DNA from: Octopus sinensis
Lineage: Eukaryota
Length of the DNA stretch: 22,654 nucleotides
Assembly: GCF_006345805.1 (NCBI RefSeq)
Contig: NW_021836752.1
Coordinates: 1 to 22,654, forward strand
Direction: 5' to 3'
Made by a program: the position numbers and the translations under genes. How positions within the stretch are numbered: position 1 is the stretch's first letter; every line of letters begins with the position of its first letter. The notes below the pieces were generated by a model. It saw only the letters and a program-made list of their open reading frames with translations. It was not told the DNA's origin and did not search any database. Below are positions 1 through 9,074 of this stretch, piece by piece.

Positions 1-56
1 TTCTGAAAGATTCGGGGACGGAACTAGTAATTTACATCTTCAGCAGGATTTATATT

Positions 57-162
57 GTACTTAATTCATAGACACCCCAAAAGAGTGATGCGCAAAGAGG
101 ACCTCGGCGGAATTTGAACCCAGAACTTGGAGACGGACGAAATGCTGCTTGCTCGCCGCCTT
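57..162 (-). mobile_element. Degenerate fragment of the main tRNA-derived SINE family
   Basis: gtacttaatt...gacctcggcggaatttgaacccagaac...gacgaaatgc...gctcgccgcc matches the better copies at 6037-6261 and 9400-9633. Confidence 0.8.
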
Positions 163-839
163 AAATACAAATCCCACGAGGCATTTTGTCCTTCAGTCTA
201 ACGATTATGCGATCTACCGAGTAATAGATCTGAAGGCAGTGGTCGAGCCCTTTCATGTTTATGGGTACGAAGGGCACCGTTGCCTCAAGTAGTTGTTCAT
301 GCCAAGCGTGGCATAGAAGAGACGGGGGAATTTATCGTAGGGGAGAGTTTGTGGCGTACGAGGACTTACGAGTTGCTCTTTGCATCTTCGATGTTTGCTC
401 TGAAGGCCAGTAATTTTAGTAGATCGATTTCATTGATTTCAGCATTTGATAGGTACTTTATTTTATCGACCCCATAGAGGGATTTGATATAAGGCTTCTT
501 CCGATCCACAGCCGAATTTCTTTCGTTGCTCAACTCATTGTTATGCATCTCATGTGAAATTGTGCGAGTCGTTTTACAGATGTTTCACATTTGCTTTAGT
601 ACTGTCCTAGAATTGTTTTTCAACTTTGATTGCAATTTCAGTAAAATTGATTAAAGATCGAATGCTAATGTACCAGTCCCGTGCTTCATTAAGAATAATC
701 AATACGTCTACCGTCTAGAAATTACATACGGCTGTTTGCTTCGTATTTATCTTATTGTTAAAGTATTTGTGATTTCTGTTTAATAGTTTATCTGTTCAAA
801 AGGCATTAAGTTTGTGATGTTGTCTTTGAATACATGTTT

Positions 840-1228
840 GGCTCTATGGTAAAGATACGTCTCTGTTGTTACGATATGGCTGTATAGTTACGACATGGCT
901 ACGTGAGTGAGTTATGTCTGTGCGATTATGACATGACTGTCTAGCTGATATGTGACCCTGGTTAAAATATGGTAGTGTAGTTTAGACAAGCCTGTGTAGT
1001 TTAAGATATGGCTGAGCGATTAAAACATGTCTGTGTATTTAATATGTTTGTGTCGTTAAAGTATGACTATGTATTTAAGACATTGCAGTGTAGTTAAGAT
1101 ATGACAATTTATTTAAGACATAGCTGTCTTGTTCAGACATCAGTGAGTAGTTAAGGCTGTAAAGTTAAGACTCGGCTGTGGTTAAGTTATGGTTACATGG
1201 TTAAGAGATAGCTTTGCGATTAAGAAGT
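840..1228 (+). repeat. Degenerate 19-bp minisatellite (about 20 units, consensus ATGGCTGTGTAGTTAAGAY)
   Basis: Units read by eye include atggctgtatagttacgac, atggtagtgtagtttagac, atggctgagcgattaaaac, attgcagtgtagttaagat and atgactatgtatttaagac. Confidence 0.85.
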
Positions 1229-1774
1229 TTATTTCATAGTAACGTTAATATGAGATCGATTCCATTGCACGGCATGCTAGCTGTTATCTACCATAGCTTT
1301 GGATTCACGAAAGAACTGTCCGCTGGAAACTCAGTAGAAGACCTGTCAGTAGATTGCCTCTTTTTTTGAGGTCATAGACTCAATCCAATTCCATCGAGTC
1401 TTTCGGTGCCTTTAGTGGTGTTTATTCTGTTGCATGCATTAGGGTCTGATTTTCCCTCCTCTCCTGATTAAAACATCAAAAAAAAAAAAGGATATGACCC
1501 GATATTACTATAGCCAAAAGACTGAAACCGGTCTTAGCATGAGAAGCTAAATCATCAGATTAATAATCGATTACCTAATAAATAAAGGAACAAATAAAAG
1601 CATTTTGTTGTCATCTAACGATGTCCTGTTAACGAACCAATTTAAATCTTTGTTGCGAAATCAATAACGCCGTAATGTAGAGATCATACGCTTAGACTAT
1701 CGATAATGCAGATTTGCATTTCATTAGTACAATGGGTAGAACTTAAGTTAAACACGTCGTTACAGTTGCTGCTG

Positions 1775-1925
1775 CTGATGATTTTGACAATGAGGCTGAT
1801 GATGAGGTTGATCATGACGACGACGGCGACGATAATGTTGATTGTTTTACTGGGTGTAGGTAATGTTGCTGATGGTAAGAGAGTTAGTGTTTGTCATGGT
1901 AGTGGAATGTTGAAGGTGTTGTTGG
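1775..1925. repeat. Low-complexity trinucleotide tract (GCT/GAT/GAC/GTT)
   Basis: Visible short trinucleotide runs. Confidence 0.7.
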
Positions 1926-1932
1926 TTTAGAC

Positions 1933-2179
1933 CAGTGGTTGTCAATCGGGGTCCTTATGGCTTTTGGTGGGCCATGTAAGGTTTTGTTGTTAAAATTTAT
2001 GTACAATAAATTGCTTATACTTGTACAATGAACAATAAATTTTAATTTTTTTAATAGAGTTCCTAATTATATTTAATTATAAATATAAGATTTTTAAAAC
2101 ATCGAATGGCTAAAGATGGTCCATTTGAGTGAACCAAGAGGCAAAGGGGTCTATAGGCAAAAGCAGTTCAGAAACAGTG
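1933..2179 (+). mobile_element. Non-autonomous hAT (Charlie/Buster-type) MITE, 247 bp
   Basis: Left TIR is cagtggttgtcaatc and the reverse complement of the right TIR is cactgtttctgaact; both resemble CAGTGGTTCTCAACC. The 8-bp TSD is GTTTAGAC (1925-1932) / GTTTAGAT (2180-2187), with the central TA typical of this group. Confidence 0.8.
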
Positions 2180-2249
2180 GTTTAGATAATGTTTTTTATC
2201 ATTGTTTAATCAAGAAAAGAAGAGCAGCAAATTTGACTATTTTTCTAGG

Positions 2250-2525
2250 CTCAGAGACTGATGGGCGAATTGGGAAAGAGTCGGTTTCTAACATAGATCC
2301 AAGGCCCTTTTATTGGAATTTCAACGGGCTATTTTTCCATGTATTTTTTCCAATCTAAATCGGATGTAGAGGATTCGTTGGACACAGTGTGAAGCGACTA
2401 TGTTGTCATTATTCCCAATTCATCGTAAAGCAAATACCACCATGAGAGATATCCAGACAACAGTGGAAATAGGAAGCCATAGGCAGTGGTTAAAAAGAGT
2501 CAATGAGCAATGACTAGAATATTGA
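2250..2525 (+). pseudogene. C-terminal RLE domain remnant of a non-LTR retrotransposon (Hero/NeSL-like)
   Basis: Reading through the TAA at 2356-2358 gives FFPI*IGCRGFVGHSVKRL, which matches the PxExGCRGF RLE motif. After a frameshift it reads SLFPIHRKANTTMRDIQTTVEIGSHRQWLKRVNEQ*, matching the C-terminal 'E..S.w.WLKR...W' signature. The 5' boundary is approximate. Confidence 0.75.
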
Positions 2526-2598
2526 GCGAAACCTGATAACCAGTTGATCTAGCAAGTGGGGCCTTGTTTCAGTGAAGTGGAGCCGGTGCAGCAATGTG

Positions 2599-2645
2599 GC
2601 CGTCGAGAGGGGGGCCCCGAAACGGCGCGCATTCCCTCCTGATGA
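2599..2645 (+). ncRNA. Candidate rearranged (non-circularly permuted) hammerhead ribozyme in the retroelement 3' UTR
   Basis: Stem III pairs GCCGU (2599-2603) with ACGGC (2622-2626), with C17 at 2604. GAAA is at 2619-2622 and the CUGAUGA core at 2639-2645. Stem I pairs GAG[A]GG (2605-2610) with CCCUC (2634-2638). There is no Watson-Crick stem II. Confidence 0.55.
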
Positions 2646-2790
2646 CCGCGTAAATTCGCTAGCAAAGGGAATGCGGAACTTACAACTGGTGGCACTTGCC
2701 TCTGCAAATTCTTTGCAAGAAAATCTATGTGCGGAACTGTATGTATGTATGTATGTATGTTCCGGTTTCCATACACTTTATTATTAATAT

Positions 2791-3183
2791 AGTGGAGGCG
2801 CAATGGCCCAGTGGTTAGGGAAGCGGACTCGCGGTCATAGGATTGCGGTTTCGATTCCCAGACCGGGCGTTGTGAGTGTTTATTGAGCGAAAACACCTAA
2901 AGCTCCACGAGGCTCCGGTAGGGGATGGTGGTAATCCCTGCTTCACTCTTTCACCACAACTTTCTCTCACTCTTACTTCCTGTTTCTGTTGTACTTGTAT
3001 TTCAAAGGGCCGGCCTTTTCACTCTCTGTATCACGCTGAATATCCCCGAGAACTACGTTAAGGGTACACGTGTCTGTGAAATGCTCAGCCACTTACACGT
3101 TAATTTCACGAGCAGGCTGTTCTGTTGATTCGGATCAACCTGAACCCTCGTCGTCGTAACCGACGGAGTGCTTCCATCCATTC
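2791..3183 (+). mobile_element. Full-length tRNA(Arg)-like SINE with TSD
   Basis: The head carries an A box (TGGCCCAGTGG) and a B box (GGTTTCGATTCC). The 3' tail ggatcaac..gaaccctcgtcgtc..accgacggag is shared with 8225-8511. The 11-bp TSD ATTATTAATAT lies at 2780-2790 and 3184-3194. Confidence 0.9.
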
Positions 3184-3435
3184 ATTATTAATATTTATAC
3201 TCTTGTATTTTTATATATTTACATTATATTATCTCCATTACCTTAAATTTTGTCTTACGTCTTTTCCTAAGTGAAGAATTATTCGGTCCAATGTTCCTCT
3301 TTTTAAGACAGTAGGGGTTTGATTTGATCGAAATTCCCTGGTTTTGTGTACTAGATCAAGTTTTGTGTACTAGATATGTATGTATGTATGTATGTATATA
3401 TGTATGTATGTATGTATATATATATATATATATAC

Positions 3436-3625
3436 ATAGAGGAATTTATCTGTAAAATAATATGTGACAACTATTCAGTACCCAAGATAAAACTCTGATT
3501 TTCGGATGCCGCGGTGGAATTCCACACCACCATCTCTTCGGTTATCTGACCATTTACAGATAAATTCCTCTCTTTACATAATATTGAGGTCTCTTTCTTT
3601 CGTTTGTTATCTTACCGTTTTTACC
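3436..3625 (-). mobile_element. About 190-bp hammerhead-carrying non-autonomous element (PLE/retrozyme-like) between (TA)n tracts
   Basis: Contains the type I HHR at 3485-3547, a perfect 19-bp inverted repeat (3438-3456 / 3553-3571) and a 10/11 direct repeat (3541-3551 / 3606-3616). Confidence 0.6.
3485..3547 (-). ncRNA. Type I hammerhead ribozyme motif (U4C core; 15.2 mismatch in this copy)
   Basis: Minus strand reads AGAUAA-CCGAAGA-GAUG..GUGGUG/CACCGC..CAUC-C-GAA-AAU(CAG)AGU-U-UUAUCU. Stem I is 6 bp and stem II about 10 bp. Predicted cut is at 3491/3490. Confidence 0.65.
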
Positions 3626-4143
3626 AATATATATATATATACATACATATTACTTACATACATGATATATGCACACATACACACATATATTACAGACATA
3701 CTTTCATACATACATAAACATACATACACACTTATATGAACGGTTCCGGAAGCTTCTTAGACTAACTTACCGAAACTCTCTGAAGCTATCTGAGGCTGAC
3801 GAGGTTGAGAACTATGCCTCAAAATGTTTTCGATAAATCTATTTATTTACGAATCTTTTTTTGTTTTCTTTGGCGATTGCTAATGCACAACATGAAGAAT
3901 TATAGAACTACCATTAAAGCTTTACCAGTTATTCGTTTCTTCTTTAACGCCTGCGCACTACTCTACACGACTGCGTTATCATGTGGACAAAATCCCATAG
4001 ATATGTGTGTGTGTGTATGCGCGGGCGCGTGTGTGTATGTGTGTTTCTATGCGTGTGTGTGTGCGTATGCATATGTATGGAAATGTAAATACAACGCACA
4101 CACACACACACACACACATATATAAATATATATTCTTCGCTTC

Positions 4144-4196
4144 GTATTCAGGTTTGAATATCGGATTCCACGAAGGGAATAAATCGTCTAGAATTT

Positions 4197-4235
<39 letters not shown>

Positions 4236-4308
4236 ACATATATATATATATATATGCGTATGTGTGTGTGTGTGAATATGTATTTGTTATATCTATGTAT
4301 GTATATTA

Positions 4309-4378
<70 letters not shown>

Positions 4379-4488
4379 TATGAACATGTATATATATACA
4401 TATATATCATATTATGTTATATTGCTTTGTATTATATTTCTAGAAGATGTATTCCCATCTGGGAAATCCAAAATTTAAACCTGAATAC
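4144..4488. repeat. Imperfect 50-bp inverted repeat pair (4144-4193 / 4438-4488) around a CA/TA/TG microsatellite spacer
   Basis: Manual alignment gives 42 matches, 8 mismatches and 1 gap. Confidence 0.8.
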
Positions 4489-4824
4489 AAATGTTATTCA
4501 GACTGAATTACATATAAAAAGTAACTGCATTATACGGCCATTATTATAGTCAAGTTTAGACACCGACCTCACCTTAGTTCAATAGCCATCCATTAAAAGT
4601 TCCACATCGACAAGGGACAGATTTCCGAACTAAATATTCAGTAAGTAATAAAGGAAGCTTGTAGCTGTTGTTATTGTTATGTGTACACATTTTAATGATG
4701 CATCTCGTTAGCGTTTTGTTCCCGGATGTGGATCGTTTCGTGGACGCTCCTCGGGCCACGGGTTCAAATATTTCAATAGTAAATACAGGATTATTTATAT
4801 TCTTATATTCTTTTATTCAGTTAT

Positions 4825-4962
4825 TCTTTTATTTGTTTCAGTCTTTTGACTGCGGCCATACAGTAGCGCCGCCTTTAGTCGAGCAAAGCGACCCCCAGGG
4901 ACTGAACCCGGAACCTTGTGGTTGGTAGGCAAGCTACTTACCAGACAGCCACTCCTGTGCCT
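4825..4962 (-). mobile_element. Internally deleted copy of the second SINE family (full copy at 7065-7476)
   Basis: Tail (tttgtttcagtc...gacccccaggg) is joined directly to head (actgaacccggaacc..gtggttgg..cagccactcc). Confidence 0.8.
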
Positions 4963-5284
4963 ATATGTGATTAAAACTAACTGTAAAATGATTTAATTTA
5001 ACGTTGATTTATTATAGCTAAGAAAATATTTCTTTACTTCTACGATAGGCACAATTCCTGAAATTTGGGGGAAGAGTCCTTGTCAATAATAACTCCGCCA
5101 GTGTTCATCTAGTAGGCATATTATTAACCGCGAAAGAAAACGACAGGCTTTGTCAGCTTGTACGAAGTTTGATCTCAAAATGTAATGAGATGGGAGAGAT
5201 ATCGATGGCCAAGGAAGTAATATAAGTGAGTACTCATGCATGAGTACTGACGGATGAATAAAGGAAGACTAATGAATGAGATTG

Positions 5285-5490
5285 ATCGTAAGATTGTGGT
5301 TTCGATTCCCGGACCGGGTAACGCTTTGTGTTCTTGAACAAAGCACTTCATTTCACGCTGTTCCAGTCCACTCAGCTGGCAAAAATGAGTAACGCGATGG
5401 ACTGGCTTTCCTTCCATTCTGGGGACCACATACGCCATTGAAACCGGGAAACCGGGCCCGTGAGCCTGGCTAGGCATTAAAAGGGCGCAT
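5285..5490 (+). mobile_element. tRNA-derived SINE (third family)
   Basis: B box ggtttcgattcc is followed by ttgtgttcttgaacaaagcactt, a central motif common in mollusc SINEs. Confidence 0.7.
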
Positions 5491-5929
5491 TTATTATTTT
5501 TAATGAATGCAATAGGCCAATATGAAGGAATGGTTAAATCTATAACAAGTCGTAAAGATTATAGTTTATATATCAGTAGGAGGGGTTTTATTACACTTAA
5601 ATCCCTAATAGTCTGAGAAAAGCATACAATACAAATATTTCGTGGGATTGTGCTATAAAGGGCAAATTTATAATTGGGCTCCGTAGGGTGGTGGTTTATG
5701 CAGACGTATAGCCCTGGGTCGTTGAAAATCAAGCAAATTATGATCAAAGACATTACAGATGTGACCACACAGTCTTTCCCTTATGTATATATGTATGTAG
5801 AAAATACATGATCTAACGTATCGCGTAAAATCGGCAAAGCATGGTTTAAGGAAAACTTCGCTGCTATTTCTGTAATTCTTAATATATGGAATGTAATCAT
5901 TGACTCGTAACTAATAAAATATGCCACCG

Positions 5930-5949
5930 ATCCATCCATCGATCCATCC

Positions 5950-6023
<74 letters not shown>

Positions 6024-6035
6024 TTGGCTATCTAT
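5930..6035. repeat. (ATCC)n/(TATC)n microsatellite
   Basis: Direct reading. Confidence 0.95.
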
Positions 6036-6036
6036 C

Positions 6037-6261
6037 TATTTCTTTACTACCCACAAGGGGCTAAACACAGAGAGGACAAACAAGGACAGACAAATGGATT
6101 AAGTCGATAACATTGACCTCAGTGCGTAACTGGTACTTATTTAATCGATCCCGAAAGGACGAAAGGCAAGGTAGACCTCGGCGGAATTTGAACTCAGAAC
6201 GTAGCGGCAGACGAAATACCACTAAGCATTTCGCCCGGCGTGCTAACGGTTCTGCCAGCTC
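6037..6261 (-). mobile_element. Main SINE family, full long-tail copy embedded in (TATC)n
   Basis: Reverse complement reads gagctggcagaaccgttagcacgccgggcgaaatgcttagtggtatttcgtc...gagttcaaattccgccgag...gtagtaaagaaatag. Confidence 0.9.

Positions 6262-6340
<79 letters not shown>
6262..6340. repeat. (TATC)n microsatellite
   Basis: Direct reading. Confidence 0.95.
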
Positions 6341-6771
6341 CACTTCATATTGACATTTCTGCGATTACGATCCCTATTGATGAACATTTTTTCCTCCCCC
6401 GTTCTTCCCCCCCCCCCCTTTTTTTTTTAAATCCTCCCCTTTTTTTGTCCCCTTTCTTTCCTTTTACGATCCCTTTTGATCGAAACCAACCCCCTTTTTT
6501 TACCCCCAAAAGAAAAGCTCTACCTTGTAATTTGTCCTGTCTGTGTGCAGCCCTGTGTGGCTAATAAAGAAACATATCTATCTATCCTTCTGTTTGTCTG
6601 TCTTCCTGTCTGTCTGTCTGCCTGCCTGCCTGCCTGTCTGTCTGTCTGTCTGTCTGTCTAGCTACCTATCTTTTTACTCGCCTTTCTATATCTGTAGATA
6701 TTCAGATATGCTGCTGCCAAGTTAGTTACATTTGTCCGTCGCTATGGTTTTTTTCTCTCGTCGTGTGTGTA

Positions 6772-6841
<70 letters not shown>

Positions 6842-7064
6842 CGCGTGCGTGCGTGCTTGAATGCGTGGGTGTGTATGAGGGTTGCAGAAATACTTCTTTA
6901 CTCTGACATGACGTAGGAGTGAGTCAGCCTTTGAGACGGTGACCTAATCCGAATACCTTGAAAAGACTGGACTGCGATAAAGGCAGACTAAGACGAAAGG
7001 TGTCTTAAGGAAGGTAATGGAACAAACCCACTTCGCTAACGACATTTATACTCACACACATATT

Positions 7065-7273
7065 CTCTTTTACTTGTTTCAGTCATTTGATTGCGGCCAT
7101 GCTGGAGCACTGCCTTTAGTCAAGCAAATCGACCCCAGGACGTATTCTTTGTAAGCCTAGTACTTATTCTATCGGGCTCTTTTACCGAACCGCGAAGTTA
7201 CGGTCGTAAATACACTAGCATCAGTTGTCAAGCGGTGTCGGGGAGACGAACACAGACACACAAACACACATAC

Positions 7274-7304
<31 letters not shown>

Positions 7305-7476
7305 CATATATACGACGGGCTTCTTTCAGTTTCCGTCTACCAAATCCACTCACAAGGCTTTGGTCGGCCCGAGGCTATAGTAGAAGACACATGCCCAAGG
7401 TGTCACGCAGTGAGACTGAACTCGGAACCATGTGGTTGGTAAGCAAGCTATTTACCACACAGCCACTCATGCGCCT
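7065..7476 (-). mobile_element. Second tRNA-derived SINE family, full copy with internal microsatellite
   Basis: Reverse-complement head reads ggctgtgtggtaaatagcttgcttaccaaccacatggttccgagttcagtc (A and B boxes). An extra head fragment lies at about 7495-7540. Confidence 0.88.
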
Positions 7477-8224
7477 ACGTATAAGACATTGTACAAGGTG
7501 CCACGCAGGGGAACTGAACCCAGAACCATGTGGTTGGGAAAAGTCTAGAAAATAAATATGCGTACACATACGTAAATGCATTATGTGTGTGTGTATGTAG
7601 GTGCGTGTGTGTGTGTGTGTGTGTGTGTGAGTGTGTGTCCCCTCGTTTTCTCGAAGTGTTCCATAGGTATTCAACGTTTCATGCAAAGACGATAGTTCTG
7701 TGTGTCTTGTAATTCTGTGTGTTCGTTTTTGTGTGCATCTGTGTGTGTGTGTGTATGTGTGTGTGTATGTGTGTGAGAGAGAGAGAGCGCATGCGCGTGT
7801 GTATGCGTCTCTGCCAGTTCTCTGTCCTAACTTCATGCTTACTTCCTAATTTATTATACTCAAGAACAAAAGCGCGTTTGAATTAGTCTTATCTACCCGT
7901 TCTTAACAACTAAACTATTTCAGGCAGGGATTCGATATTTTCCTATACTTAAACACACCCCTTTCTCTCCCTCTTATCTTCTCTGTCTGTGTGTGTGTAT
8001 CTCTCTCTCTCTCTGTCTCTATTCCCTTCTCTCTCACTCTCATTCTTTCTTTCTTCTTCATTCATTCTCTCTAAGTGATCGTGGCTCTTAACATTTACTG
8101 ACTAACAGATAAGGGAATCAAGTACAGCCGAATGGTTAAGCGATTCACCTTACAACCAAAGACCCTGGTTTCGATCCTGTTGCTTGGAGTCCATATATCA
8201 TTATATATTTATCATTTTTGTTGT

Positions 8225-8511
8225 GAGGCCATGTGGCTTAGTGATTACAGAATTAGATTCACTATAGTAAGATCATGAGTTCGATTCTTGGCAGTACCTT
8301 GTGTCCTTCAGCAAAAAAGTTGGCAAAAAAGGCTTGTGCCTGTAACCCTAAGGATACAGTTTTGTCACATTCTGTGTTGCGCTGAATCTCCCTGAAAACT
8401 AATTTTGTGGTACGCGTGTTTGTGGAGTTCTCAGCCATGTGGGCCTTAATTTTACAAGGAATCTGTTTTGTTTCGGATCAACTGGAACCCTCGTCGTCGA
8501 ACCGACGGAGT
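8225..8511 (+). mobile_element. Diverged tRNA-derived SINE sharing its 3' half with 2791-3183
   Basis: Shows gtggcttagtg (A box), gagttcgattc (B box), ttgtgtcctt, and the tail ggatcaactggaaccctcgtcgtcgaaccgacggag. Confidence 0.8.
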
Positions 8512-8544
8512 TTCAGTATCTTGGACATATACAAGACCCTTTTC

Positions 8545-8661
8545 GGTCACGAATGAAGCGAAATGTTTTGCTAAGAACACAATGCGTCGCCTGGTCCAGG
8601 AATTGAAACCACAAACTTTCGATCGTAAGTCCAACACCTTAACCACTAAGCCACGCACCTC
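8545..8661 (-). mobile_element. SINE head fragment, inverted relative to 8225-8511
   Basis: Reverse complement reads gaggtgcgtggcttagtggttaaggtgttggacttacgatcgaaagtttgtggtttcaattcctggaccagg. Confidence 0.75.
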
Positions 8662-9074
8662 TAATGTCTAATTTTGGCATTACTGACATAAATATAATTT
8701 ATGTCATCTTAGTATTTTATTATCGATCCAAAAAAAATTGAATCCATTAGGATATTTAGATCGAATGACAATCATGTGATTATTTAGGCAATTCCAACTT
8801 CTGGCTGTGACGATTATTTATTCATATAGGACACACGGCACGAACAACGATAACAAGAACAACAGTGTGACATTATGCTCTTTGAATTATGGTTTGTGCG
8901 GAGTAAAGATAAAATGAGTAAAATGCATAACCGAATAGTGATATTTAACTAGGTCACTTTAAAATTCTCTTTTCGAATATTTTCCAGGGAAGACCTTTTT
9001 TTCCTTCATCGTTTCGTTCTCAGTTCAAACCACGATAAGATCAGCGTTACCATTATTTTGTACGTGGTCGATAA

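Noticed and set aside
2628-2675. SECIS element or C/D snoRNA reading of the ATGA-containing hairpin
   Set aside because: Helix II is far too short for a SECIS and lacks the 3' GA quartet; there is also no box D partner.
2794-2870. Functional tRNA gene
   Set aside because: A and B boxes are present, but there is no proper acceptor stem and the sequence continues into a SINE body with TSDs.
4007-4549. Longest ORF (180 aa) and the many YIYI/THTH/CVCV/SIYL/NNN ORFs
   Set aside because: They are translations of (TA)n, (CA)n, (TATC)n and (AAT)n microsatellites and carry no coding signal.
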